Origin: an uncultured Succinivibrio sp.
Lineage (GTDB): Bacteria > Pseudomonadota > Gammaproteobacteria > Enterobacterales > Succinivibrionaceae
Length of the DNA: 64,000 bases
Assembly: GCA_900767695.1 (NCBI GenBank)
Contig: CAAGAC010000030.1
Coordinates: 48,728 to 112,727 of the forward strand
Reading direction: 5' to 3'
Shown: in pieces, positions 36,208 through 46,755 of the stretch
Position numbering within the stretch: position 1 is the first letter of the stretch
Layout: every line of letters starts with the position of its first letter
Notes under the pieces: generated by a model
What the model saw: the letters and a program-made list of their open reading frames with translations, nothing else
What the model was told of the DNA's origin: nothing
Databases searched by the model: none
Made by a program: the position numbers and the translations under genes

Positions 36208-37209
36208 ATGGGCCAGAGCGGTTTTGACATCTCCGTCATAGGCGCCGGTTCCTACGGCACCGCCCTGGCGGTGGTTGCGGCCTCCAAGGGCCTCAGGGCC
36301 ATGCTGTGGGACCACCGCCCCGAGAGGGCGGAGGCCATGCAGCGCTCGCGAGAGAACGCCGCCTACCTCCCGGGGATCCGCTTCCCCGACACCCTGGAGG
36401 CCACCGGCTCGCTTGAAAAGGCGGCCGCGGCCTCCAGCACCATTCTCGTCGTGGTCCCAAGCGCCACGTTCCAGGAAGTCGTGAGCGCGCTTGCGCCGCA
36501 CATGACTCCATCCCACCGCTTCGCCTGGGCCACCAAGGGCCTCTCGCCCGACGGCAGGCTGCTCTCGGACGTCGCCCGCGAGATCCTGCCTGAGGGGATC
36601 CCGATGGCCGTGCTCTCGGGGCCGACCTTCGCGCGCGAGCTTGCCTCCGGCATGCCCACCGCCATCTCGGTTGCGGGCACCCCCAGGGAGTTCTCCTCGG
36701 AGCTGTGCCGGCTCATGCACACCAGGGCCTTCAGGCTCTATGAAGGATCGGATCTCACGGGGCTGCAGATAGGCGGCGCCGTGAAGAACGTCATCGCGAT
36801 CGCCGCAGGCATGTCCGACGGCCTGGGCTACGGTGCCAACGCACGCACCGCGCTAATCACCCGCGGCCTTGCCGAGATGGTGAGGTTCGGGGTGGCGCGC
36901 GGGGCCTCCGAGCGCTCCTTCATGGGCCTTTCGGGACTTGGCGATCTCATCCTCACCTGCACCGACAACCAGTCGCGCAACCGCCGCTTCGGCGTGATGC
37001 TGGGGCAGGGGATGAAGCCTCAGGATGCTCTGGCGAAGATAGGCCAGGTGGTCGAGGGCTACGGCATGATCCCGGTCATGCGCAGGCTCGCCGCGCAGTG
37101 CGGCGTGCAGATGCCGATCTGCTCCGAGCTCTACGAGATAGTCTACGAGGGAAAGAGCGGCAAGGCCGCCGCTTCCGAGCTCCTAAGCCGCGCCATCAAG
37201 TCAGAGTAG
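36208..37209 (+). CDS. gpsA: NAD(P)H-dependent glycerol-3-phosphate dehydrogenase
   Basis: GAGSYGTALA, SGPTFA.E, GAVKNVIAI, GLGDL.LTCTDNQSRN. Confidence 0.98.
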   Translation: MGQSGFDISVIGAGSYGTALAVVAASKGLRAMLWDHRPERAEAMQRSRENAAYLPGIRFPDTLEATGSLEKAAAASSTILVVVPSATFQEVVSALAPHMTPSHRFAWATKGLSPDGRLLSDVAREILPEGIPMAVLSGPTFARELASGMPTAISVAGTPREFSSELCRLMHTRAFRLYEGSDLTGLQIGGAVKNVIAIAAGMSDGLGYGANARTALITRGLAEMVRFGVARGASERSFMGLSGLGDLILTCTDNQSRNRRFGVMLGQGMKPQDALAKIGQVVEGYGMIPVMRRLAAQCGVQMPICSELYEIVYEGKSGKAAASELLSRAIKSE

Positions 37210-37368
37210 CGCCCCCATATCCGCCCCTCAGGGCATCATTATTCCGGCCATCTTCTTGTTGCCAAAGGATTCTTTCTTTACAGCAGGGACTTTCCGGGCA
37301 AGCAAAAAGGCAGCGCTTTGCGCTGCCTTTAGGTGCCGGGGCGCAGGCCCCGGCCGCTTCAATTCCGG

Positions 37369-38511
37369 CTACTTGCCGGCACGGGCCTTCGCGTCCTCGA
37401 TGGAGAGCTTGGAGGCGGTAGCCTGCAGGGCGGCCAGATCGAGCTTTGACATCTCGACCAGCTCCTTGTCGGTGTAAGGGAGCTGCTTTACGAAGTACTC
37501 CTCGTAGCCTGCGTAGTCCTTGGGAGAGGACACGTAGAGGTACGGGAACTTGAAGTCGGTGAACTTGCCTGCGAAGTCCTTGTAGTTGCCCTTGATGGCG
37601 TTGTAGGTCATCATGAAGGCGAACAGCGGATCGCAGTAGTGGCCGCCGGACTCGCCGGCCATGGAGCCGTTCTCAAGCCTCTTGCCGAGATCCGGGAGGA
37701 AGTCGGTGGAGACGATCTGGATCTTGCCGGTCTTGCCCGCGCGCTCGACAGCCGCGATGGCGCCCTGGAGAGGATCTCCGCCGCCGCCAGCCGGGATCAG
37801 CGCGTCAAGCTTCGGGTTCGCGGCCATCAGGGCCTCGGCAGCCTTCGAGCCGCCTTCCGAGGAGGTGCCTGCGTACTGCGGCTCGGAGAGCTTCACCTGA
37901 TCGTCAGGATGGGCCTTGTTCCACTTCTCGACGCCGGCCTTGTAGCCCTGCCACCTGCCCAGCCATGTCGCGTCGCCCTGCTCCCAGCCGATGAGGCCGA
38001 TGTTCCTGCAGCCCTTGTCGATGAGGATCTGCACCAGCTTCTCGCCGTTCTCAGGCTCGTTCTCGTGGACGGCACCCAGGTAGTACGGGGAGTCGGTTGC
38101 CATCTTGTAGATGTCGGGGCTGTGCTCCTTGTTGATGATGCGGAAGAACTGGGTGAGGTAGACCTCGTTGTCGTTCGCGGTCTTGATCGCCGAGGTCATC
38201 TCGGTGTCGGAGGAGTTGCAGATGATGATGCCCTGGCAGCCGGCAGCGGCGAGCTGCTCGACGGAGGCAGTCACCTTCTCGGAGACGTGGCCCTGATCGA
38301 CGTACTGGACCTTGACGCCGAGGGCCTTGGCGGCCTCGTCGAGGACGCGCTTGCAGTCCGAGCCAAGGACGTCGGTCGACGACCAGATCGAGACGCCGAT
38401 CTTGATGTCCTTGTTCTCGATGGCGTTGGCACTGGTGGAAACGGAAGCCATGGCGGCGCCGAGGATCGTGCACGCGCAGGCAAATGTCAATTTGCGAAAT
38501 GCGAACTTCAT
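37369..38511 (-). CDS. Sugar ABC transporter substrate-binding protein
   Basis: Sec signal peptide and periplasmic binding protein type-1 features; divergent from the ABC operon. Confidence 0.85.
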   Translation of the reverse strand: MKFAFRKLTFACACTILGAAMASVSTSANAIENKDIKIGVSIWSSTDVLGSDCKRVLDEAAKALGVKVQYVDQGHVSEKVTASVEQLAAAGCQGIIICNSSDTEMTSAIKTANDNEVYLTQFFRIINKEHSPDIYKMATDSPYYLGAVHENEPENGEKLVQILIDKGCRNIGLIGWEQGDATWLGRWQGYKAGVEKWNKAHPDDQVKLSEPQYAGTSSEGGSKAAEALMAANPKLDALIPAGGGGDPLQGAIAAVERAGKTGKIQIVSTDFLPDLGKRLENGSMAGESGGHYCDPLFAFMMTYNAIKGNYKDFAGKFTDFKFPYLYVSSPKDYAGYEEYFVKQLPYTDKELVEMSKLDLAALQATASKLSIEDAKARAGK

Positions 38512-38720
38512 GTTTGTGCTTCCCTATGTATGTCTTGTCTTGATATCTCTGTTTAATAGTGCAGGAGCGATGCGTGCGCCGGCTTGGAGTCCCGGTCCTG
38601 CATTGCACCTGTACCCGATGATAGATGTTTTGGGAGCGCAAACGTGTGCAGGGATCACAAATGCAGAAGAAATCCCTAAAGATCCCACAAGGCTTCAGGG
38701 CTATCAGCATGATTTACAAC

Positions 38721-38736
38721 ATGTTATCCGTAACTA
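38721..38736. promoter_or_regulatory. Second GntR-like operator candidate
   Basis: ATGTTA-TCCG-TAACTA in the divergent sugar-ABC promoter region. Confidence 0.4.
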
Positions 38737-39123
38737 TTTGCGTGCGGGCGGCTCTTGCATGAGTCCAGCATGCTGGCCCGTCAAAACGTTTGCGCGGCAA
38801 AGGCACGTGCACGCCTTGCGCTCTGGCGATCAGATGAAAAAGCCCAATGCAAACAACGGCGTGAGCAGGATCACCCCAGCGCGCCGGGCATAAGGACAAC
38901 CTTTGCGCCAGATCGCGCCCTTCCTTCAAAATTTGTGACGTCCGCTGCATAAAAGCCGGGCTGGTTCTGGAAAAACGTGCGCAGGGTAGAAAAACCGTAA
39001 ACGGTTGCATGATTTTCGCCCGGGCGCCAACTATCTTTTATCAGGCAGCCTGGATAAGGCTGCGCGCGGCAGCGAATAGAACAAGCATCCCGGGACAGGC
39101 CGGGGCAAACATGGCAGGAGCGT

Positions 39124-40074
39124 ATGACTAGTTTCAAGAACATGTCCGGAGCGGCGAAGGGGTACGTGGTGCTGATAGCGCTCGTGATCCTCTCCTGGGC
39201 CGTCTTCAAGATCATGACTCCGGACAACTTCGGGTCCCCGTCGAACCTTTTGAAATACTTCCAGGCAAGCCTCATGGTGACGGTGGGCGCCATCGGCTTC
39301 TACTTCGTGATGGACATGGGCCTGTTCGACTTCTCGATCGGCGCCAACATCATCCTCTCGGCAATAGTCGGCTGCCAGCTTGCAACCAACTTCGGCCTGG
39401 GCTATCCAGGGCTCATCCTGGGCAGCATCGCCACGGGAGCGCTCGTGGGCTTGTGCAACGGCTTCTTCTACGTCAAGCTGCGCATTCCCTCGATGATCGT
39501 CACCGCGGGCCTTGCCCTCATCTACGAGTCGATCGCCAACTACCTTGCGGCAGGCCGCGAGCAGACACTGCCGAGCGATCTCAGGGCCTTCGGCCACATG
39601 ACCGGCGAGATGACGCTGGCCATCATCGCCTTCGTGGTCGCGTGGGCCGTCCTCAACTACACGAGGTTCGGCACCTACACCTACGCCATCGGCTCCAATG
39701 AGTTCGTCGCCAAGAACATGGGCATCAACGTCGACAAGTACAAGGTCCTGGCCTTCGTGCTCAGCGGCGCGTTCTTCGGGATCGAGGCCATCTTGACCAT
39801 CAGCTACGGCTCGTCGATGGTCGCCGTGACCGGCATGTCCTCGATGAGCAGGAACTTCGTGCCGACCATGGGCTGCTTCTTCGGACTGGCGTTCATGAAG
39901 TACGGGATCCCGCTGCAGGCGATCATCCTGGGCGAGCTCATCGTCAACATCATCTTCTTCGGGTTCATCTCGCTGGGCGCCCCCACGGCAATCCAGGACC
40001 TCATCAGCGGCCTGGCGCTGCTGATCATCATCACCCTGACCACCAAGGTCAAGAAAGGCGAGATCGTCAAGTGA
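39124..40074 (+). CDS. Sugar ABC transporter permease (RbsC family)
   Basis: FDFSIG, IPSMIVT, T.FG...YAIGSN..A..GI motifs. Confidence 0.92.
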   Translation: MTSFKNMSGAAKGYVVLIALVILSWAVFKIMTPDNFGSPSNLLKYFQASLMVTVGAIGFYFVMDMGLFDFSIGANIILSAIVGCQLATNFGLGYPGLILGSIATGALVGLCNGFFYVKLRIPSMIVTAGLALIYESIANYLAAGREQTLPSDLRAFGHMTGEMTLAIIAFVVAWAVLNYTRFGTYTYAIGSNEFVAKNMGINVDKYKVLAFVLSGAFFGIEAILTISYGSSMVAVTGMSSMSRNFVPTMGCFFGLAFMKYGIPLQAIILGELIVNIIFFGFISLGAPTAIQDLISGLALLIIITLTTKVKKGEIVK

Positions 40075-40084
40075 GGAGCGGAAA

Positions 40085-41596
40085 ATGAGCGAAGAACAGC
40101 AGGGTTTGCAGATCAGGCATCTGTGCAAGTCGTTCGGCATCACCAAGGCCCTCAAGGACGTCTCGTTCGACATCGCCAAGGGCGAGATCCACGCCATCAT
40201 CGGCGAGAACGGCTCGGGCAAGTCCACCCTGACCAACATGCTGACCGGCATCTACTCGATAGACAGCGGCACCTTCATGCTTGACGGGAAGGAAGTCCAT
40301 CCCAAGAACCAGGTCGACGCCAACAACCACGGCATCTCGATCATCGTCCAGGAGCTTGGCACGCTGTCGGGCCTCACCGTGGCCGAGAACATCTTCCTGG
40401 GGCACGAAGAGCGCTTCATCCACGCGGGCTTCATCCGCGACACCAAGGCGATGAACGCCGAGGCCGACAGGCTCCTGAGGCTCTACGGCTTCGAGCGCAT
40501 CAAGGCCTCCAAGCTTGTGGACGACTACAACTTCGAGGACCGCAAGCTCATCGAGATCGTCAAGGCCACCTACTTCCACCCGCGCATCGTGGTCATCGAC
40601 GAGACCACCACCGCGCTGTCACAGGAGGGCCGCGAGGAGCTGTACAAGCACATGGCCAGGATCCGCCGCGAGGGCGGGACGGTCATTTTCATCTCCCACG
40701 ATCTGCCCGAGGTGCTCGACAAGTCCGACACCATCACCATCCTCCGCGACGGCACCTACATCGACACCGTAAAGAGCAAGGACGTCAACGAGGAGCAGCT
40801 CAAGAAGCTGATGGTCGGGCGCGAGATGACCGGCAGCTACTACCGCGGCGACTACGGAGAGAAGGTCTCAGACGAGGTGGTGCTCTCGGTCAGGCACGTG
40901 AGCGTGCCCGGGATCATCCACGACGTGAGCTTCGACTTGCACCGCGGCGAGATCCTCGGCTTCGGCGGACTCTCAGAGTCCGGCATGCACGAGGTCGGCA
41001 AGGCCGTGTTCGGCGCAAGCTTCGACCGCGTGGGCGAGGTAACGCTTGCCGACGGCACGAGGATCAACGACATCCCCACCGCGATCGAGCACTCGATCGC
41101 CTACACCTCCAAGGACCGCGACAACGAGTCGGTGGTCATCAACCAGAGCATCCGCGACAACATCGCCCTGCCCTCGCTTGACAGGCTTGGTTTTGGAAAG
41201 ACCGGGCTTCTAAACTGGCGCAAGGTCAGCGACTTTGCCGACAAGTACGCCAAGGAGATGTCCGTGAAGATGGTCGCCGTCGACCAGTTCGTCTCCGAGC
41301 TTTCAGGCGGCAACAAGCAGAAGGTCGTGCTCGCGCGCTGGATCGGCAGGGGCTCGGACATCGTGGTCCTCGACTCCCCGACCCGCGGCATCGACATCAA
41401 GGTCAAGCAGGACATCTACCAGCTCATGGATCAGATGAGGAAGCAGGGCAAGTCGATCATCATGATCTCCGAGGAACTCATGGAGCTCATCGGAATGTGC
41501 GACCGCATCATCATCATGAAGGACGGCACGCTCAGCGGCGAGGTCAGGCGCAGCCGCGATCTCAGCGAAAACAACCTCATCGAGATGATGGTTTAA
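40085..41596 (+). CDS. Sugar ABC transporter ATP-binding protein (double NBD)
   Basis: GENGSGKST, ISH, LSGGNKQKV, PTRGID. Confidence 0.95.
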   Translation: MSEEQQGLQIRHLCKSFGITKALKDVSFDIAKGEIHAIIGENGSGKSTLTNMLTGIYSIDSGTFMLDGKEVHPKNQVDANNHGISIIVQELGTLSGLTVAENIFLGHEERFIHAGFIRDTKAMNAEADRLLRLYGFERIKASKLVDDYNFEDRKLIEIVKATYFHPRIVVIDETTTALSQEGREELYKHMARIRREGGTVIFISHDLPEVLDKSDTITILRDGTYIDTVKSKDVNEEQLKKLMVGREMTGSYYRGDYGEKVSDEVVLSVRHVSVPGIIHDVSFDLHRGEILGFGGLSESGMHEVGKAVFGASFDRVGEVTLADGTRINDIPTAIEHSIAYTSKDRDNESVVINQSIRDNIALPSLDRLGFGKTGLLNWRKVSDFADKYAKEMSVKMVAVDQFVSELSGGNKQKVVLARWIGRGSDIVVLDSPTRGIDIKVKQDIYQLMDQMRKQGKSIIMISEELMELIGMCDRIIIMKDGTLSGEVRRSRDLSENNLIEMMV

Positions 41597-41612
41597 GGCA
41601 GGAGAACGAATC

Positions 41613-42581
41613 ATGACTGAAGCAGCAGCTGTTGAAACCAGCAAGGAAAGCCAGCTTAGGTCCGCCAGGAGGTGGAAGCTCATCCGCGCCCTCCTGCCGA
41701 TCGCGGGACTGATCCTGATGGTCATCTTCTTCAACTACGAGACCGACGGCAGGCTCATAAGGCGCCTGCCCCTGGCGATGTCCCAGGTCTACGTCATCAT
41801 GATCGCGTCGATGGGCGTGTTCTTCATCATGACGATGGGCGGACTGGACTTCTCCCAGGGCTCGATCCTCGGCCTCTCGTGCATCGTGGTGTGCGCGGTC
41901 TCAAAGTACAGCATCCCGCTGGCGATAGTGGCGGGCATCGGCACCGGAGCGGCCATAGGCGCGGTGAACGGGTACTTCTACGTCAGGCGCAAGATAAAGT
42001 CCTTCATCGTGACCATCTGCACCATGTTCCTCTTCAGGGGCCTAATCAAGTACCTGACCACCAACAGCCCGGTCGTGGGCTCCCCGCAGCTCCTGATGAT
42101 CGACAGCACGACATTCAAGGTCGCCTGCACCGCGGGCGTGGTGATCGTGGGCTTCGTGATCTTCACGTTCACCAAGTTCGGCGTCTACCTCAAGGCGATC
42201 GGCGCGGGCGAGCAGGCGGCGAAGTTCGCTGGCATCAGGACCGACCGCATGAAGTTCCTGGTCTACGTGTTCGCAGGCGCCATCACCGGCTTCGCGGCCT
42301 TCATCAGCGCCATCAAGATCGGCTCGGTCACCTCCTCGGGCGGCAGCATGCTCGAGACCCAGATCCTCATCGCCCTGGTGCTAGGCGGCATGCCGATCTC
42401 AGGCGGCGCGATGGCGAGGTTCGGCAACTGCGTGGTCGGCTCGCTCCTCTACGTGGTGCTGCTCTCGGGCCTGACCATGATGGGCTTCACCCCGCAGCTC
42501 ATGCAGCTCATCCAGGGCGTAGTGTTCCTGGTGTTCGTGGCGATCTTCGCGGATCGCGACTCGCTCACGGTCATCAAGTGA
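41613..42581 (+). CDS. Sugar ABC transporter permease (RbsC family)
   Basis: LDFSQG, SFIVT, TKFG...AIG, VLGGMPISGG. Confidence 0.92.
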   Translation: MTEAAAVETSKESQLRSARRWKLIRALLPIAGLILMVIFFNYETDGRLIRRLPLAMSQVYVIMIASMGVFFIMTMGGLDFSQGSILGLSCIVVCAVSKYSIPLAIVAGIGTGAAIGAVNGYFYVRRKIKSFIVTICTMFLFRGLIKYLTTNSPVVGSPQLLMIDSTTFKVACTAGVVIVGFVIFTFTKFGVYLKAIGAGEQAAKFAGIRTDRMKFLVYVFAGAITGFAAFISAIKIGSVTSSGGSMLETQILIALVLGGMPISGGAMARFGNCVVGSLLYVVLLSGLTMMGFTPQLMQLIQGVVFLVFVAIFADRDSLTVIK

Positions 42582-42628
42582 CGGATTTCAGACACAACGG
42601 TTAAACAAGGAAGAAACAGGACTTAAAT

Positions 42629-44068
42629 ATGGACAAGCTTTACTTCGTCGTCGGGTCGCAGGACCTTTACGGTGATGAGTGCCTCAGGCATGTGGCTTCG
42701 GACGCCGCCGAGATGACCGCGTTCTTCAACGAGCAGTTCAAGGGAGTGTGCCAGGTGGAGCTCCTGCCCACCGTCGTCAACTCCGAGACCTGCATCAGCG
42801 ATCTGCGCCGCGCGCAGTGCGACGACGACTGCATCGGCGTGATGGCGTGGATGCACACCTTCTCGCCGGCGAAGATGTGGATCAAGGGCCTCCAGGAGCT
42901 GCGCAAGCCGCTGCTTCACCTGCACACCCAGGCCAACGAGAAGCTCCCGTACGACGCCATAGACATGGACTTCATGAACCTCAACCAGTCGGCCCACGGC
43001 GACCGCGAGTTCAGCTTCATCCTCTCGAGAATGCGCATCCGCCACCAGACCGTCGCCGGCTACTACAGGCACCAGGATGTCCTCGACGAGATCCGCCGCT
43101 TCATCGACGTGGCGCGCGCGGTCGCCTTCTCGAGGAGGCTCAAGGTCGCCTCCTTCGGCAACAACATGAGGGAGGTCGCGGTGACCGACGGCGACCGCGT
43201 CGAGTCGCAGATTGTCTACGGCTGGGAGTGCAACTACTTCGCCGTGGGCGATCTCGTTGACATCGTGAACGCCGTGTTGGACAAGGAAGTCGACGCCAAG
43301 ATGGCCGAGTACGAGTCCAAGTACGTCATGAAGACCAGGAACGTGGCCGCAGTGCGCGAGCAGGCACGCTACGAGGTCGCGCTCGACAAGTTCCTTGCCA
43401 AGAACGGCATCGGCGCCTTCGCCGACACCTTCCAGGACCTCCACGGCTTCAAGCAGCTGCCGGGCATCGCCGCGCAGAACCTGATGGGCCGCGGCATCGG
43501 CTTCGGGCCCGAGGGCGACTACAAGACCTCCGCCCTCTCGGCCGTGCTCATGAACATGGCCAGGGGCCGCAAGGGCCACACCGGCTTCATCGAGGACTAC
43601 ACCTACGATCTCACCGCAGGGCAGGAAGTGGAGCTTGCCTCCCACATGCTCGAGGTCCCGGTGGACTTCGCGGCGACCAAGCCCGAGATCGACGTCCTCC
43701 CGCTGGGCATCGGCGGCAAGGAGGATCCGGCCCGCCTGATCTTCGACGGGATCCAGGGCGACGGCGTCCAGGTCTGCATGACCGATCTAGGCGACCACTT
43801 CAGGATCATCTGCGCCGACATCGAGCTCATCAAGCAGCCCAAGCCCATGCCGAAGCTGCCGGTGGCGAGGATCATGTTCCGCCACAAGCCGAACTTCAGG
43901 ATCGGAACCGAGGCCTGGTGCTACGCGGGCGGCGCGCACCACAGCGTGGTCTCCACCGCTCTTGACAGGCGCGACATCGAGATGTTCTGCAAGTTCACCG
44001 GCACCGAGCTTGTGACCATCGGCGAGGACACCACCGAGGAGTCCCTGATGAAGTTCTCCGCAAGGTGA
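42629..44068 (+). CDS. araA: L-arabinose isomerase
   Basis: GSQDLYG, WMHTFSPAKMW, MNLNQSAHGDRE; metal/catalytic residues retained in EGD, EDY, HMLEV and GGAHH. Confidence 0.96.
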   Translation: MDKLYFVVGSQDLYGDECLRHVASDAAEMTAFFNEQFKGVCQVELLPTVVNSETCISDLRRAQCDDDCIGVMAWMHTFSPAKMWIKGLQELRKPLLHLHTQANEKLPYDAIDMDFMNLNQSAHGDREFSFILSRMRIRHQTVAGYYRHQDVLDEIRRFIDVARAVAFSRRLKVASFGNNMREVAVTDGDRVESQIVYGWECNYFAVGDLVDIVNAVLDKEVDAKMAEYESKYVMKTRNVAAVREQARYEVALDKFLAKNGIGAFADTFQDLHGFKQLPGIAAQNLMGRGIGFGPEGDYKTSALSAVLMNMARGRKGHTGFIEDYTYDLTAGQEVELASHMLEVPVDFAATKPEIDVLPLGIGGKEDPARLIFDGIQGDGVQVCMTDLGDHFRIICADIELIKQPKPMPKLPVARIMFRHKPNFRIGTEAWCYAGGAHHSVVSTALDRRDIEMFCKFTGTELVTIGEDTTEESLMKFSAR

Positions 44069-44093
44069 GCTGAGATCCCATGGGGCAAAAGCA

Positions 44094-44122
44094 GGAGGCC
44101 CGGCGCATCGCGCCGGGCCTCC
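44094..44122. terminator. Hairpin between convergent araA and nfuA
   Basis: GGAGGCCCGGCGC-ATC-GCGCCGGGCCTCC 13-bp stem. Confidence 0.75.
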
Positions 44123-44144
44123 GTGCCTTCATGCCTTGAATGAA

Positions 44145-44735
44145 TCAGGCGTAGGTCTCGTCGGTCTTGACGTGCTCGGTGACGTCCACGACATCCTTGA
44201 TCATGCCGGGGAAGGCCTGGTTGAGCTGGGTCTTGATGCCGTCCTGCAGGGTCACGCCTGCAAGCGAGCAGCCCAGGCACCCGCCCTCGAACTTGACCTT
44301 CACCACGCCGTCGTCGGTGACGTCGGCAAGCTCGACCGCGCCGCCGTGGCCGGCCAGCGAGGGGCTGACGACGTTCTTGATGAAGAGGGCGACCTTGTCC
44401 TTGAGCGGGGCGTCGTCGGGCAGGGGGCTCTTGGTGAGGTTGGGGGCGTGGAAGGTCAGCAGATCGTCGCCGTTGTCGTCCTTGCCCAGGTCGAGCACGG
44501 AGCCGTCGAGGAACTCGGAGACGCCCTCGTCGATCACGATCTCGAAGCCCTTCATCTGGAAGTGCTCGTCGGCCTTGGTGATGTACTCCTTGGGGCAGTA
44601 GAGGATCCCGCACTGCGCGCCCGGGGTGCCGGGGTTGGTGGCGGTCAGGCGGATCGCGAGGCCCTCCATCTTCTGTTTGCTGATGATCTTGAGGAAATAC
44701 TCCTGAGCCTTCTCGCTCACTGAAATCTTGCTCAT
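44145..44735 (-). CDS. nfuA: Fe-S biogenesis protein NfuA
   Basis: NPGTPGAQCG..YCP degenerate A-type domain and HGG...F.GGCLGC NifU domain. Confidence 0.95.
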   Translation of the reverse strand: MSKISVSEKAQEYFLKIISKQKMEGLAIRLTATNPGTPGAQCGILYCPKEYITKADEHFQMKGFEIVIDEGVSEFLDGSVLDLGKDDNGDDLLTFHAPNLTKSPLPDDAPLKDKVALFIKNVVSPSLAGHGGAVELADVTDDGVVKVKFEGGCLGCSLAGVTLQDGIKTQLNQAFPGMIKDVVDVTEHVKTDETYA

Positions 44736-44950
44736 TTGGGCCTCGCTGTGGATGTGTCCGTGCTTTTGAAATCTGAGTGATTATACAGTGCGCCCCTCCT
44801 GCCCATGAGGTGATGAGAAGGATTTGCACGGCAGGTCCGGACGGCCCTCCGGGACGGGGGTTTCTGTATGGAAGATCGGGGTGGGATTGCAAATCTTAAT
44901 GGTTTAATATCATTGCCTTAACCATCATGTGCAATGCTGTGGATCAGAGC

Positions 44951-44965
44951 TGTAATTTTTTTTCA
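44951..44965. promoter_or_regulatory. HexR-like operator candidate upstream of pckA
   Basis: TGTAAT-TTT-TTTTCA compared with the TGTAAT-www-ATTACA consensus. Confidence 0.4.
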
Positions 44966-45050
44966 AACCTGCCTCGCGGCACACTAACTACGATAAAATG
45001 TCGCGTTAGTTAGTTCTCCGAGGCAACTCGGTTATTTATGGAGAAAAGCA

Positions 45051-46664
45051 ATGAGCTTATTTGACGAGCTTGACTTAGCGAAGTATGGCATCTCTTCTGC
45101 TGCCAGCATCACCTACAATCCGACCTACCAGCAGCTGTTCGCCGACGAGACCGTCGAGGGCCTGACCGGCTACGACAAGGGCGTTGTCACCAACATGGGC
45201 GCTGTCGACGTCATGACCGGCATCTACACCGGCCGTTCCCCTAAGGACAAGTTCATCGTCAAGGACGACACCACCAAGGACACCTTCTGGTGGAACACCC
45301 CTGAGTTCAAGAACGACAACAAGCCGCTCTCCACCTCTTCCTGGAACGAGCTCAAGAAGCTCGCCGGCAAGGAGCTCTCCAACAAGAAGCTGTACGTCGT
45401 CGACTGCTTCTGCGGCGCCAACGCCAACACCCGCATGAGCATCCGCTTCGTGATGGAAGTTGCCTGGCAGGCCCACTTCGTCACCAACATGTTCATCCGC
45501 CCGACCCCCGAGGAGCTCGAGACCTTCAAGCCTGACTTCGTGGTCCTGAACGCCGCCAAGGCCAAGGTCGAGAACTTCAAGGAGCTGGGCCTCAACTCCG
45601 AGACCGCCGTGGTCTTCAACCTGACCGAGCGCATGCAGATCATCCTCAACACCTGGTACGGCGGCGAGATGAAGAAGGGCATGTTCTCCATGATGAACTA
45701 CTTCCTCCCGCTCAAGGGCATCGCCGCGATGCACTGCTCCGCCAACACCGACAAGGAAGGCAAGAACACCGCCATCTTCTTCGGCCTGTCCGGCACCGGC
45801 AAGACCACCCTCTCCACCGACCCGAAGCGCCTCCTGATCGGCGACGACGAGCACGGCTGGGACGACGACGGCGTCTTCAACTTCGAAGGCGGCTGCTACG
45901 CCAAGGTGATCAACCTCTCCAAGGAGAACGAGCCTGACATCTGGAACGCCATCAAGCGCAACGCCCTGCTCGAGAACGTGACCACCGACAAGGCCGGCAA
46001 CGTCGACTTCGCCGACAAGTCCGTCACCGAGAACACCCGCGTCTCCTACCCGATCTTCCACATCAAGAACATCGTCCGCCCGATCTCCAAGGGTCCTGCG
46101 GCCAAGCGCGTGATCTTCCTGTCGGCTGACGCATTCGGCGTCCTGCCTCCTGTGTCCCTGCTCGACAAGAACCAGACCAAGTACTACTTCCTCTCCGGCT
46201 TCACCGCCAAGCTGGCCGGCACCGAGCGCGGCATCACCGAGCCTACCCCGACCTTCTCGCCTTGCTTCGGCGCCGCCTTCCTGTCGCTGCCTCCCACCAC
46301 CTACGCTGACGTGCTCGTCAAGCGCATGGACGCTTCCGGCGCCCGCGCCTACCTCGTCAACACCGGCTGGAACGGCACCGGCAAGCGCATCTCCATCAAG
46401 GACACCCGCGGCATCATCGACGCGATCCTCGACGGCTCGATCGACAAGGCCCCGACCAAGACCATCCCGTTCTTCTCCTTCGTCGTCCCGACTGCCCTCC
46501 CGGGTGTCGACCCTGCGATTCTCGACCCTCGCGACACCTACAAGGATGCCTCCGAGTGGGAGAAGAAGGCCAAGGACCTCTCCGAGCGCTTCATCAAGAA
46601 CTTCGCCAAGTTCGCCGCGTTCGACAAGGATGGCGCCCTGAAGAAGGCCGGCCCTCAGCTCTAA
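45051..46664 (+). CDS. pckA: Phosphoenolpyruvate carboxykinase (ATP)
   Basis: [34 protein letters not shown]; strong codon bias. Confidence 0.99.
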   Translation: MSLFDELDLAKYGISSAASITYNPTYQQLFADETVEGLTGYDKGVVTNMGAVDVMTGIYTGRSPKDKFIVKDDTTKDTFWWNTPEFKNDNKPLSTSSWNELKKLAGKELSNKKLYVVDCFCGANANTRMSIRFVMEVAWQAHFVTNMFIRPTPEELETFKPDFVVLNAAKAKVENFKELGLNSETAVVFNLTERMQIILNTWYGGEMKKGMFSMMNYFLPLKGIAAMHCSANTDKEGKNTAIFFGLSGTGKTTLSTDPKRLLIGDDEHGWDDDGVFNFEGGCYAKVINLSKENEPDIWNAIKRNALLENVTTDKAGNVDFADKSVTENTRVSYPIFHIKNIVRPISKGPAAKRVIFLSADAFGVLPPVSLLDKNQTKYYFLSGFTAKLAGTERGITEPTPTFSPCFGAAFLSLPPTTYADVLVKRMDASGARAYLVNTGWNGTGKRISIKDTRGIIDAILDGSIDKAPTKTIPFFSFVVPTALPGVDPAILDPRDTYKDASEWEKKAKDLSERFIKNFAKFAAFDKDGALKKAGPQL

Positions 46665-46703
46665 TCTGAGCCAAGGCAAGCCTTAAAGGCCAATAGATAA
46701 GAC

Positions 46704-46730
46704 GACCCGGCATGCATTGCATGCCGGGTC
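46704..46730 (+). terminator. Terminator-like hairpin after pckA
   Basis: GACCCGGCATGCA-T-TGCATGCCGGGTC followed by TTGTG. Confidence 0.7.
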
Positions 46731-46755
46731 TTGTGCTGTATGGAGCAGGTGAAAA

